From the NCBI GenBank assembly GCA_000320545.1, contig ADNK01002197.1, forward strand, positions 1 to 45,206: a stretch of 45,206 nt of DNA, written 5' to 3'. Source of the DNA: Bigelowiella natans CCMP2755 (lineage: Eukaryota; Protista; Cercozoa). Within the stretch, counting starts at the first letter, position 1, and every line of letters starts with the position of its first letter. Position numbers and translations under genes: made by a program. Shown here one piece after another: positions 11,679 to 24,811 of this stretch. The notes below the pieces were generated by a model. That model had not been told where the DNA came from. It worked only from the letters and a program-made list of their open reading frames with translations, and did no database searches.

Positions 11679-13597
11679 ATGTTGCTCTTGTTGCTGACAA
11701 GCGCAACAACTGTGCTCATTCTCAATGCACAACCTGCCCAACCAAACCCAAACCATCCTCTCCAATGCTCCCAGATGACCTCGAGAAGCAGCTGTCTGGA
11801 GGCCAAGGGAGGAAATTGCGCTTATTGCATTGCCACCGAGTCATGTGTCTCGACAGAACACAATACTTGCCCAGGTTTTCATTCGCAGCAACTTTGCTTG
11901 CCATAATCGATCTTCACTCTATTCTTTTCATAATCTAAAATAATAGAGGGGTGCCTTTTCCAAGAGCCCAAACCTGGTCTCAGGCAAGAGGAATCTAAAC
12001 CAACGTGTCACCTTAGGAGGTAGATTGCAACATAATAAAGCCCCTGTTGTGGAGGAGGAGGAGGAGGAGGAGAAGAAGAAGAGACGATTTAGGCCAGAAT
12101 AATGACAACCAATAAATTTGTTTGAGGAAGAAATTCAATAATTGAAACTTGCTATTGCTAGGATTTCATCATGACATGTATTCAACCAGGGCGCCGCGAA
12201 ACGTAACGGGATACTCTGAAGATTTTGCTTTAAGGTTGCTGCACTAATATTCGAGCACTGAATGGTTCTCAGCATCCTGTCTACATCTATTTAGAATGGT
12301 AAAGCTATGTGGAGCAGCATATTGCCCCCCTGATGATATTCAGCAGTGGACATGTCGAGGGTAATTACTAAGAAAGACAATGTCAGCACGAACGTGTGGA
12401 TGCCTACCACCAGCTAAATTTTCTATTTTTACGTCGCCTTTCCAACCCGTTGCCTTGCTGGTTTTGCGCCTAACGTCTTCCAACGCAACTTGTGGAGAAC
12501 TTTCAATCCTCATTCTTGAGGAATTGCTTATGTTGATGTTGTTATTGTTGCTATTGTTGTTGTTTAGGGGGAAATGTATTGACGGTTTCAAATCCGAGTT
12601 TATGGCGATGGACGAAGTATACACCACGCTTGTCTTTGCCGGCGTTGACTTCGGAGAAGGCGCTGACAAGAGGGGCAAGGACCCCGCAAGAGTTGTCATC
12701 GTATTTAGAGGTGTATTTAGTCATGCTCGCCGCCATTGAGATCCATAAGCAATATGAACCATCCTTACCATCGCCCCTACCTGTCATCACTATCGTCAGT
12801 TCTGTCATCATCATGATCATCTTCTGTAGGAACCGTGGAGGTCGACTACATGAACTGGGTCGCTGATATGGACATTCTCAAAACCGCGCCGTTTGAGGAC
12901 AAGGACATTGAGGTCGTACCGGTGTTGCTCGCTTTGCTGTTGATATGTGCGTGACCAATAGTCACAAGGGAAAACACTTCTACTGCTCCCTGTCTCTCCC
13001 CACACAGCATAGCTGCCCTGTCCCGATGTTCGCTTCGTGAGAACCTCGTTTGTTTGTGTATCCAACGCTAATAACGGCGTTCCGACAGGTTCATCGTGGC
13101 TTCTACCTCGCATACATGCAGTTGCGTGAGCGAATCATGAGATATCTGGAGGGTGTTCCCAAGGTGGATCTCGTCGTGACCGGTACATCAAATTGCGCCC
13201 CATATTTCCACTTGTATTCTTGTGCAGGCTTGTACACAGACAAACTCAGCGAGATACGAACACGTGCACGTTATTATATTTATAATCTTCCGCCTTGAGA
13301 TATCTATGGTTCTTCTGATATCGCCATGTTCCATTAAGGCCATTCTCTCGGAGCTTCAATGGCATCATTATGCGCTTTCGACATCGTGACACAGCCAGAT
13401 AGAATGGGCTTCAAGGTCGTCGATGCTACCCACCGCCTCACATAGGCGTCATCAGTTGCAATGTTATTCTGTGGATGTTTGCACGCTGTGACGGACAAAC
13501 GAGACGATTCTTTTGTTCCACTGCTCGTTTCTCTCTTTTCTTGCACCGCTGCCTCCATAAACCAGCACCCGCCAAGAAGGCAGTGATACTATAGCTG

Positions 13598-13632
<35 letters not shown>

Positions 13633-14017
13633 GCTACAACGATACCTCGCTGTTTAATACCAACTCCGTCGTCACAATCATCATCATCATCATCACCATC
13701 ATCATCATCATTATCATCATCAGAGCGTTAGCACGATTACATACGGAGAGCCCAGGACGGGCAATCTCGCGTTCCACAAAGCCTTCTCCCGCCTCATCCC
13801 TGATTCCTGGCGCGTCACTCACTACAAGGACGTCGTTCCCAAAGTCCCGTTTCAGAGCTTCGGCTTCTATCACACCGCGAGGGAGGTAGGCATTCGTAAC
13901 GTGTGGGACAACTATATCGCCAAATGGCGGCAGCATGTGCCTATGCAGTGAATGTATCATCTAGTGTGCTGTTGCGGGCTCTTTCCTTTCTTCGCGACCG
14001 ACTGTTTTGTACTATAC

Positions 14018-14088
<71 letters not shown>

Positions 14089-14787
14089 CTCTGTTGGTTT
14101 ATAGATTTGGTACAGCTCGCGTGACTACGAGAAGACCGACGATTATCAAGTCTGTGACGGGTAAGAAGCAGGCTAACCATGGTGTTTTGATGATAGTGGC
14201 GGTGGGTAGATAGCATTGTCCTAGTATTGGAGAGAACGTAAGAGCGACTTGCTCATGAATGCGAACAAACTTCTACATCGTCGTCATTGATATTATTACA
14301 ACCCCCCCCCCCCCCCCTTGCCATCTCCCATTAGCTCTGGCGAAGACCCGAAATGCCAAAATAGCCTCTGGTAGTAGCAATCGCCCTTGCCTTCAGAATC
14401 ACATCAAACTACAAAATATTGGAGATGTCATGCTCTCTGCTCTCGTCCCCTTTACGATATTCTTGCGTTACTTCTCTCGGCTTGCATTGGAACACCAGAT
14501 GTATCAGATGGTTGAATGTGAAAGAAGACGATGATGATTTCCCCTTTCCCCCACGGCTAGAGCCGTGTCGCTGGACTCGATGTATGCATTCGTATTCTCA
14601 GATTGAAAATCTCAGTCACCATGCAACCCGCAGGTTCGCTACCTCCGTCCAAGACCATCTTTATTACATCGGAGTGTATCTAGGCACTGGCGGATGCTTG
14701 GACCCGGTTGCAAGCTTGGCAGATCGACCATCTGCGACGACCGAACAACAGGGACAGGCGCATTTGGCAAGGACCATGGAACTTTAG
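11679..14787 (+). CDS. Secreted class 3 lipase with an N-terminal PSI-like Cys-rich domain, multi-exon
   Basis: Signal peptide MLLLLLTSATTVLILNA. Exons encode GAAYCPPDDIQQWTC, VVIVFRGT, NWVADM, VHRGFY, VVTGHSLGAS (nucleophile elbow), TYGEPRTGN, WRVTHYKDVVPKVP, SGEDPKCQNS and VQDHLYYIG. The exon 1-2 junction is uncertain. Confidence 0.92.
14019..14085. repeat. Intronic compound (CA)n(TA)n microsatellite
   Basis: Directly visible in a lipase intron. Confidence 0.95.
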
Positions 14788-15309
14788 GGAGAGAGAGAGA
14801 GTAATGAAAGAGAGGAGGTTTTGGGATTATACATACGACATAAATCTGTACAGCATCGAGGGCCTCATAATTGCCACTCATGCCGCGCCAGCATGAACAT
14901 TTATGCTACCGTAGAGATAATCGATGGTTGCGTCTATTTTTTTTTAAACTAAGGCTCGGGCAATTTGCATGCAATGTAATCATCAATTTGTGCATTATAG
15001 CTACGCTATTTGCCCACATGATAGATTCAAAATTGTTCACATTAATATAATCTAGTATTGCATTATCTAGTTATCTATTAGCTGATGATTTTTCTCATAG
15101 TGCTCTAGTGATCGATGTGATGCCGCACGCACAGCGCATGTGTGCATTCGATTCGCGCATCCGCACACGATATATGCATGCTAGAGATTAGAATTAGAAG
15201 GTGCGACTGCTCATCGCAAAATTGTTTATTCGTGTGACTAAATGAACCACAGCTTCGGCCATCTAGCCATCTAGCCATGCTAGCATGCAGAGAGCAATAG
15301 ATCTTGCCT

Positions 15310-15812
15310 ATGAGCGTTTTTGGTGTTGAGGGCTCAGGAGGCATGGAACATACTAGCATACTTGGAAAGAGAGGTTGGATTCGCCACCCACCAATATTGC
15401 TATTCACGGTCTCCTGTCATTTTTCGTAAAGTTTTTCGATATCGCCGAGCTTAACCCCAATGCGGGAGGTGCGGGTGGATTGGCAGCTTACAAGAAGGAT
15501 CACCCAGAAACATTCGATTTCCTCAAACGAATGATGAGAAGGGCTTTTAGACGCACGCATCATGGACTAGTCAATGAAACAATAGTAGAGGTGGGGAAAG
15601 GCGGTGGATGGGGATTTGATGCACGCAAGTTGAAATGCGAGAAAACGCTCGTGTGGTATAGTTCGGAAGACAAAGAAATACTTTACTGGATGGGAGAATG
15701 GCTAGCCAATCATTTCAACTCAAAGGTAAGTCAATCTGCCGGCCATGGACATTTTAGCCAACTTCACAACAAGTTCAACGGGAAATTTGCAGAAGCTATT
15801 GCATCGTTGTAA
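15310..15812 (+). pseudogene. 5'-truncated, intronless alpha/beta-hydrolase fragment
   Basis: ORF 15375-15812 has C-terminal hydrolase hallmarks (WGFD..., LVWYSSED, WLANH, GHGHFS) but an in-frame TAG just upstream. A remnant resembling the nucleophile elbow (FGVEGSGG) lies in another frame from 15310. Confidence 0.55.
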
Positions 15813-16301
15813 TTTATAACAAACTTTTTCTTCTTTTCTTGAGTGCAATGTTTTGCAACACCAATACAACGACGGCTGCCAATAATTGCATGCTTAGCGG
15901 CCGCGCGTATACATCTTATTCTAGCCAGAAGTAGTGTATAATAGTGAACGCGTCCTAATAACGACAATGAGCTAGCTAACCTCTGGCAGTTGCGTAGCGT
16001 GCTGCATGCATGCACATGGCAAACGTAAGCATGTGCGCTAGCTCAGCCAATGATGTTGCGACACAAGATGAACTCTATTTATATCCTTGGCCTTTTTATA
16101 ATAGACACTATATTTTTTGTACATATATGCGCACACACGCACACTAACACACATACAAATCGGAGCCAGGCTAGGCGACTGGTTGTACTACTGACGCTCA
16201 GCATTTATATTATCAATCTTTTATTTCGGGAGGTAACTGTGGAGAAATCACTCGCTTACAGCTACACAATGGCATCGATTTGCATCAAATTTTCTTCGCG
16301 T

Positions 16302-17492
16302 TCATGCCATCTTCACAAGAACCGCCATGTACATTCCCTCCTTTCTGGCATTTTCAGAACCATCTTCCTGATGCTGATCGTTATCATGGAAACTAAGCAG
16401 CCTCAGTCCTGTGGCGCCTGTCATAACACACCAATCATTGTGAAACAACTATTAGCTCTTTGGTCAAACAACCACTACGATGAATTCCTATCTGGCGTGC
16501 AGTGTTCGCAATTACGTACCTTTGTCAGCGCAGAGAGCTTCTAACTCTTGCTCTGTTGGCAAATTGTGGCGAAAGAGTACTGGATCTTTCTGACACATTC
16601 GCTCGATAAATTTGCGGCCTCTTGGGTGCGACACAATGAGGATTCCATCCTTCCAATAAATAGCAATTCGAAAATATTAGCGCATTAGAAGAGTTAAATT
16701 AATGTTTATGGTTGATACTCCTCTCAACACAAAAAGTACCGTGGCTAAAAATTCGTCTGATAAGCGTTGGAGAGTCGCCTTAGGGTTCCATAAATGACTA
16801 AGAAGAAAGATTACTTCAGGGATCGAAATATTTTTCAATGTTTCAGGACTTGTACTAGGCGAGACAACAAACCTTACGCAGGCGTTGAGCACAATAATGT
16901 CAAATCTAGCGTCCCTCTCCCCATTCCCTGTTTCTGAGCTTCCATCTTTATTTACATCCTCAAGATTCAAATCATCAACATCGCCAGCGACAAAGACACT
17001 TTCCGGGTGTCGTTGCGCAGCCAATGCCACCATGCCTGGCGAGATGTCCACGCCAACTACCGCTGGGGACCCGCTGCCCCCCCCTCGTGCCTCCCCGATT
17101 TCGAGTGCTGCTTGCATATAATAAGGAATCATATCTCCGGTGCCGCAAGCTACGTCCAGGATTCGCAGGGTCCCAGGGGGCTTGGAGGATGCTTCTATAG
17201 CGACCTGTGCGATCTTTAGCATACCCTCCGCCTCAGCCGTTTCCGGCGGTTTCATCGACGCGAAGAAGCCGGAAGAACTCGTGATAAATCGCTCATATGT
17301 ATTTCCCACATGTTTGGTGAAGGAAGAACGCTCCTCGATATCACTGCCAGGCTTTGCGCGTCCTGCGGCTGATGATCTTGCTCGTATGCTCACCCGGTTC
17401 ACCCTGGCTCTCAACCGACTTGTCAAAGGGCTCCGTGAGTCGACGGGGGAGAGGAAACTTGCTAGGAGCAGGGTCAGTACGGTCACTTGCAT
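16302..17492 (-). CDS. Class I SAM-dependent methyltransferase with bipartite plastid-targeting presequence
   Basis: MQVTVLTLLLASFLSPVDS followed by an R/S-rich transit peptide. Motif I ILDVACGTG, then VVGVDISPGM and FDIIVLNAC. Later exons give SHLWNPKATL, DGILIVSHPRGRKF and MYMAVLVKMA*. Confidence 0.9.
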
Positions 17493-17912
17493 TATCCTAG
17501 CCACCGGGTTGCATTGGGAGCTGAATGAGGTGCCGGTTTGTTCCTGCTCGGGGAGGGGGGTACGATGGTGCTTGCACGCACCAATTTAGGCGAATTCGAA
17601 CCGAATCCTTCGAAATTCCCAAAAAAATAACTTATCTACATATTCCAGGCTGTTGACATAGCGCGACAACCCTACAGGAAAGCTTAGTCCTGCTAAACCG
17701 GAGCTTCTTTTTCTCCAAACCAATGAGAATTGTCGCATGTCGAAATTCGCCTCTATTTTTACCTGAATATAATTCAAGCTGCAACGGCTCTAAGGAATCC
17801 TCAAACACCTACAAAGACTAGAGACCATCAATTGACTGAAGGTATTGACCCCCCTCCTCCCTTGTAAGCTATACCAATGTAAGTATCATGGGCGAAAATT
17901 TGTATTTTATAG

Positions 17913-19003
17913 ATGGGAAGAGGCTTTCGTTCCAGTTACAAGGCTTCATCACCCCGGACCCCGAGCTTCCATGCCCGATTTGGACCGCGCTCCTTACATC
18001 ACACTCCTTTTTCAATCCGCCCCGCAACCCCGGAGGTGGTTCGAAAGTGGCATGGAAAGAGCATTGCGGTAGGATGACTTTCGAACATGTTGAAAAGATT
18101 AAGTATGCGATAGGATTACTTGATGCGATAGAACCAAGCGTCGACATGTGCGTATCATTGCTTGCTTCTCGTCAGGCAGCCATTATTGACAGCTGCTCTT
18201 CTTTCAGGATCGCTGGTTTAAGAAGACGTTGAAGGGAATGGCGACTGTCGCTCTCTCTGTGGCATTAGTCCCGTGGAAATTTGGAATGGTAGGACGAAGA
18301 CAGCTTGGCTTGCAGAACACCCTTCTCAATTGTTTACTGACTTGAGACTGCTACTGGGTGTGATCAACAGGTCGTTGGAGAAGCCATAAAATCAATCTCC
18401 GATAAGAGAAACGTGGTATCTTATTTCTTACAATTATCGGCCGTTGAAATTCTGTAATAACACGCACGGTTTTCGTAGAAGAATCCTCGAAAGAAGAACG
18501 AAAGCAGTTCCGTTCAAAAACCTAATCCAATCCAAGCCCCCTCGACCCCGGTCCCGACTGCTCCGAAAGAGCAAGACAGCAATCCCCTTGATCCCCGAAT
18601 CGCCGTGAAGCTCGAGCGACTTGAAGAAAACGTAAGAGACAACTATTTAGAATGAACGCAGGAGTTGTTGCATATTGATGGTTTGGAAGATATTCTGTAT
18701 TTGACATGACTGCAATGTGCTACAGCAACGTCAGCAAGAATTTTACCATCGGGAACTTATGACACAGCTCAATCATCAGATGAATAGGCAACGGTATATA
18801 CATGTAGTTTTGAGGCCTATCATTGACAAGCAAAATAAAAATCGAGTGTTAGTCTATCTCTTCGTATCTACTTGCGAATACTCAAAACGGTCTTGATTGC
18901 TTTCGAATCTCCATCAGGGATCAATTTGCGGAAGTCGTGAAGATTTCATCAAGTAATTAGTAAAACTTATTCTGGATATAAATGTTCAGCAAATATGAAT
19001 ATT

Positions 19004-19039
<36 letters not shown>

Positions 19040-19425
19040 GCACGTGCGTATGTCTGTGTTAGTGTGTAATGAAGTTCGTATATGACGCTTTTCTACCGCA
19101 TACAAATGTATATGAATCAGGTCTCCTAAAGGAAATAAAATCCAAGCCAGTGGCATTGCAACGGCAGCTTGCGTTGACCCATCGTGCTTCTCCTTACCCC
19201 CCTCCTCATTATGAGAGCCAACCTCCACAGCAGCTTATGACGCCAGTTGTCAGCCAGCATCACCAAGGCACCTACCCAAGATCAACTGTACGCTCTCGCA
19301 ACACGCGGCGAGCACGACGAATGCCCCCTCCTCCTCCCACAGCGATGAGATCATGCGTAGTATCAAGAAAGAGACCAAAGACACGCGAAGGGAGGTAGTC
19401 TGTTCAAATATTTATATATTTATAA

Positions 19426-19466
<41 letters not shown>

Positions 19467-21107
19467 TGAGAGGGGGAGGGGGGGGGGGCTAGCACCGCAG
19501 CGACTGAACAGCCCTCTTTCTACGCAAAAATACTAAAACTCATCTACCCCATGACAATAATCCTTTTATCCCTTTTTCCAGGTCTCCAGCAGCCATGTCG
19601 GTGACTTTCTATCGCTCTCCACTCGTAGACACACCACGGCCAACCACCTCGGCTTCTGCAGCTTCTGCGGCTACGAAGACAACGATCGGATGGAAGAGGG
19701 GGAGGATGATGAAAGAACCCTCTCCTATTCGTTCCCCCTCCGATATGTCAGGTATGGAAGAGAACATGGACGCCCCCTCCCCCTTCCCTAGCCATTTCTG
19801 GCAGCAGCGCAGCGTACAGAAATTGGTTGGTGATCGCTGGAGAACTAATCCTATTTCTTACCTGCTTTGGTGTTTGTCCTTCCTTCCCTGCGTCATCTAT
19901 TAGTCACCAACCACGTATTCGTGACCCCACGTGTGAGGCAGCCTAGCACCTCTCAGCGGCCAAGGACGGCGCTCATGACTGCTCGTTCTGCTGCAGCCGC
20001 AACCGCCTTCATTGAAGATGACCGAGGCGCTGCCGGAGCCATGCGTGCTCCTTCTCCTTCCTCCCCCCCCAGCGCTCTTTCCGCGAATGCGAGAACCACC
20101 TTCCAGAAGCCTCTGCCTCCCAGCGCCTCCAGAGCTGCTGCCGCCACGCAGATGAGCAGGGGCTGCAGGCAGCGGGCTGCTCCTTCGACGCCCACACCCA
20201 CCACGCCGTTCGTAGGCATTATTAGCACTCCTCTCGGTGAAGCTCCCAAGCCGCCGCCGCATTCAAACACGATCAAGAGAGCAAGAATGGGAAGCAGTTG
20301 TCTCAAAAGCAAGGCGATGGGCAGTACCATGAAAGCTCACCATTCAAGCAATAGCTCGGTGCCTCCGCCGCCTGTCGGGATCCCCCCCCCGCCTGTGTTT
20401 TGCAACGCTCGGCCAGGATCGGCGCCTGGGGATGTCCCGCCACCCCCCCCTTCGAATCTCTGCAAGCCTCCCAAAGCTCCTCACCACACTCCTCGCCCTG
20501 CTCGCCCCACTCGTCCTCAAGGCGGGGGCGACAGGGCAGCACTGTTGTCGCAGATTCGTGCAGGACCTAGCCGGAAGCTAAGAAAAGTTTCTTCTAAGAG
20601 ATCTTGCGATAACACGTCGAGCTTGCATCCCCGTGGCCCTCCTGCTGCTTCTCGCGTTAAGAAGCAGCAGCGATCTTCGCGGCCAACGGCATCTGCCATA
20701 AAGCGTGTGCGGCTGAAGCCCCTCAGCTGCAATACGCCACTGCAAAATCGCCGAAGCAGGCAGTCGCAACGGCCGGCTGCTGGGCTGCATGAGAAAGTGC
20801 TGATGGTAATTGACTGGGAGAGTTTCTTAGAAATGGCACCGGAAATATGCACGCCGTTGTGCTTCGCGAGAAGACGGAGAGTTGCTTTTGTTTTTTGTTG
20901 TTCTCCTGCGATTTTTTTTAAAAAAGTGATTCATTCTAGCGAATGAAACTACAGTAGGGTACAAGTGAAGTCGTTTGTTCATGCACATCGTTCTTAAATT
21001 TGGTTTTTTTTGGGACTATGCAGGCAATAAAAGATAAATTTCACTCGATTCACCAAGGATCGCCAAACACAACTGTGGGATCATCTGCGTCTAGTTTCGA
21101 GGATTAA
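17913..21107 (+). CDS. Proline-rich WH2-domain protein, multi-exon
   Basis: About 10 in-phase GT-AG exons. N-terminal hydrophobic stretch (MATVALSVALVPWKFGMVV), coiled coil, polyproline runs, WH2 motif DRAALLSQIRAGPSRKLRKV (~20530-20589), last exon AIKDKFHSIH...SFED*. Confidence 0.75.
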
Positions 21108-21279
21108 GTTGCACAGCAATTCCTTTGCTATTGGATCTAAAATAGTGGACGCCCAATCAAGGACAATGGGATAGTACACATATAATGGTGTTTTCTACTT
21201 TAACCTTCTCATTAAATTGTAAGGTTAATTAAATATTTGTTTAATAGAGCATTTTATTGAGCATATGAAGGATAATGTC

Positions 21280-21850
21280 GCCATTCTCTATATGCCTAAA
21301 TGAGCTGCTGAGCCGCTCTAGCACTGCTAATCATCTATTCATGCATTTTCTAGATTATTTACATCGACGTCAAGCTTGCGATATGCATGAACGAGCATAC
21401 GTGTATTAAATTATATCTACTTTCGATAAATAAGTATCATGTCATGCATGCTGCATTCATGCTAGCATGATATGCAGAGACATCAGATATAGTCTAATAA
21501 TAATTCTAGATGCTGTCTAAGCCTTTCAACATCAATCTCCTAATTCACCGGTCACCAATCTAAATATGCATTGCTAGATTGCATGCTCTACACTACATTA
21601 CGTACTAGATTAGTACATCTAGATTTATCTACTAGGCGGCACTAATAATGTCTAGATTTGAGAGAACTAGAGAAGTTTAGATAATTCGCATGCTAACATG
21701 GCCGATCATTGTTGATATTTAGTCGATGCAAAGCACCATCATGATGTTCGCAGAAATGTCATCAGTCGTATCTAATGACAGTACTAGACTAGTAGAATCA
21801 TCGAGCCATAGCAAAGACTAACGACGAATTATCGATCAATGATGCTACTA
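21280..21850. repeat. Palindrome-rich (CTAG/CATG/TCTAGA/GCATGC) low-complexity tract between convergent genes
   Basis: Dense short palindromes, about 11 TA in 21601-21660 alone. Similar tracts lie at ~5400-5970, ~14960-15300, ~15860-16050, ~33190-33500 and ~36550-37900. Confidence 0.6.
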
Positions 21851-24272
21851 CTAAGCATAGCCACTCCTCCGCGTTTGATCTAGAGCCCTTTTAATCAGGC
21901 TCCGACGCCTCCCACCCTTTGGAACATAGCGCCGCCGGTGCTTTTGCTGCTTTGAATTCTTCCCTTGCTTCTTGCGACATCCTGTGACGCCGAGAAGGGA
22001 GCGTCGTGGCTTGCTGTTACATTTATTTTTCTTGGGTTTTATCAGACACATGTGATGCCTAACCCTGCAAGGCGACAGGTGCTCGAATGAGTCTCGTATC
22101 ATATAGCGGCCTTTCCTGCGCACACGATGCTGCTCGAGAAGCTCGTCCCAGAACTCATTTGTAAAGTGTATGCATCGACTGTCATCTAGGTCCCATTTGT
22201 TTCCTCTCGCGAAATAGTATTCTGAATCCCTCCCGTAGCAGGTCTCTTTTCGAATGAAGTCTTTGCGGATTTTTAGTTTATCGGAGATTAGTTTGATCTC
22301 CCTGGAGTGACGAGAGAAGTCTGAGCCGATGTCCCCTAGAAACTCGAGAATCTTCCCATGCGCGAAGTGCAGCCTTTGCAGTTGATTTCGAAGGAGCTTC
22401 ATGGTCGCTGCGAGTACATCGTAGCTTCTTTTTCTCCTGTCAAAGTCCTAACGACACAACAAAAACATAAAAAACGCAACCTCTTGTTTCGCACATATTT
22501 TTGGTAGACAATCATTTATATGCAATACATCTGGCTCCGTGGTTGTGTAAACAAGGCCATTGATCGGGGTGCTATCGTACATACCATGGACAGATCTCTT
22601 CTTGTCTGAAAATCGTGTATTGCCCCCCGGTGCAGGAGTAGGCCTACGACCGCCCAGTTGACGTTACTAAAGCGATGATGCAGCTTCGTCTCCATTGCAG
22701 ATGAATTTCGACTGAAACCGCCATCTTCATAGTCATCGTAATCACGATAATAAATCCAATCACCGAACTCGTGAGCTCTGCTTATTGCATAGCCAAGAGG
22801 CGTTTTCCCAAAGAAACTACCCTGCAGGTTCATTCCAACGCGACCAATATCGGGTGCGAATACGTCATATGCGTTAATATCCGCCTTCGAGCGAAGCAGA
22901 AGCTTAACGGTAGCTAAAGAGTATGGATATTCCCCCCTCCCCTCACAAGCAAGATGAAGGGCCCCCGCGTGATGATAGTATTTCTCAACTCCCCGATGGA
23001 ATTTTGTATCCCCTTCAAAATAAACCCTGCCATTGATCTCAACTCCAAGCCTTAGGAACGCCTTTAAGACATCGGAACAGGCAACTCTATCGCTCACTGC
23101 TTTGCAGAGCAGACGCTGAAGCATTTGGTTACCGATCAATATCCGATGGGGACTGCTTACCCTTCTTTCTCTTATTATATCATCATTATCATCAACATCA
23201 TCGTCATCATCTATTCCCGCGTCTCGAAAGAGAATCTGGAGGAAAGGCTGCCATCGTGTAACGCCGTAAAGCGACGAGGAACCGGCCTCTTTGTTTTCGA
23301 CTCCTCCTCTCTGTTCGCGTTCAAATTTTTCTTCTGCTCCTGCAGCTGATATGTCTCTTTCCCATCTTCCAACGTCAAGGGCAAGTGCTAACGCATGGAC
23401 CCTGTGGCGGAATTCAAGCTTGGTATGTAGTAAGGACATATCGTCGCGCGGGTTGCACTTCGCGCCCTTCTCCTCATTGTCTTCGTTGTCGTCTCCAATG
23501 TCCCCTATGAACATGAGTATCTGTCTGTGCGCAAACGCGATGTGCCTCAGCCGTCCTTCCTTCATGCACAGGAGCTGAGCAAAAGTGGAACGGATGTCAG
23601 AAAAGGAGGCCGTGGGACGAAAGCGTTATAAACACAGGGAATCACCGTCGCTTCGAGTCTGTCGAAACTCTTTCGAACCGCGGAGAAGTAGCGAGTAAGC
23701 GACCATACGTTTTGCTCGCTGAGGTAAGCTCCTCGATCGACGGCGAGGTAGCGGATCAGCCTCCAATCTATGTTCCTGTCGTTGTGGCCGCGCCAGCCCT
23801 TCACTTCCGCGGAGAAAGCGGCTTGGTGTAGATGTGCTTCGAGGGGAGTTCCCTTGCCTTCGCTCCCGTTCACATTAGCATTGTTGTCGATGAGCATACG
23901 CACGATCTGCGTTTTGTCGGACGATCTTGGCTTTTGGCAAATCTCTGAGAGCGCAGAACCTTCCGCTCTGCATGCTTTCCAGCTGAAGTAACTACACCTA
24001 CTATGGGACCATCGCACGGTGGCGTTCACATCCGCGTTGGCATCTACGAGCCTTTTTGCCGTGTTAAAGCGATTGTCGTTTATGGCAAGAATTAAAAGAT
24101 GTCCGAGCTCAAACGGCAGCATCTTATTCGCTTGGTCCTTCGCCCCAGCAAGGTAGGCGTCAACCTCATTCCATTTAACCTCTCTTCCAAGCTCCCAGCT
24201 ACTTCCATACGACCAACGCTGAACGAAGCATTTCAGAAATATCGATGAAGATGTCCAATCAGTGGCCTGCAT
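21851..24272 (-). CDS. Ankyrin-repeat protein (~737 aa, 3 exons) with an internally duplicated module
   Basis: Introns 23645-23575 and 22584-22448 join three ORFs in frame. Ankyrin signatures: RLVDANADVN, MLIDNNANVN...GTPL, ALHLAC...VKLLLRSKADIN, GKTPLGYAI. Confidence 0.85.
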
Positions 24273-24811
24273 GATCGGAGAGAGGTGTTTGAGATTTGAG
24301 GCTCACCGCCTTTCTGACGTAGGCGTGCTCGTTCCTGGAATGCTCTACTTTCTTGCCGGAACTTTCGGAGAGGCAGACACTACGACATGTTTTTGCCTTT
24401 GTCGCAGCTTAGATTTCTCCTTTGTCCTATGATAGGATCTCTTCGAAGGCCCTGCGACAGACAAAGGACGAGAAATGGCCTGGGGTTCCAGTGCGTTTCG
24501 CCATTATTGAAGGTTATTGTCCCTCGGCGACAACCCAAAGTGCTCGCAGCCCAAGAGCACGCCACGCCGGAAATAGCGAGTACTGTTTGCTGAGAACAGT
24601 AACGTGTGGGCCCGAAAGTTCTCGGATAAGAGATTTTCGTGCTGTCGCAGATGAAAGGCCGCCCGTGACTTCCATTTTTCGCAGAGTCTGCACGAAAAAT
24701 GGACGAAATACCAGGGAGAAATTACGGTAGCTGTCCGTGCTGTGGAGAGCACCCCCCAATTGACATACCAAAGAACAGCCGCAACGCGCAAAGCAGGCAT
24801 TGTCGAGTAGA

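Noticed and set aside
11750-11875. Ankyrin-like WTAASRGHLGAL on the minus strand using a GC donor
   Set aside because: It overlaps the signal peptide/PSI exon of the plus-strand lipase, which is better supported.
12340-14881. Chain of minus-strand ORFs suggesting an unknown gene
   Set aside because: These are antisense shadows of the lipase exons and repeat-containing introns.
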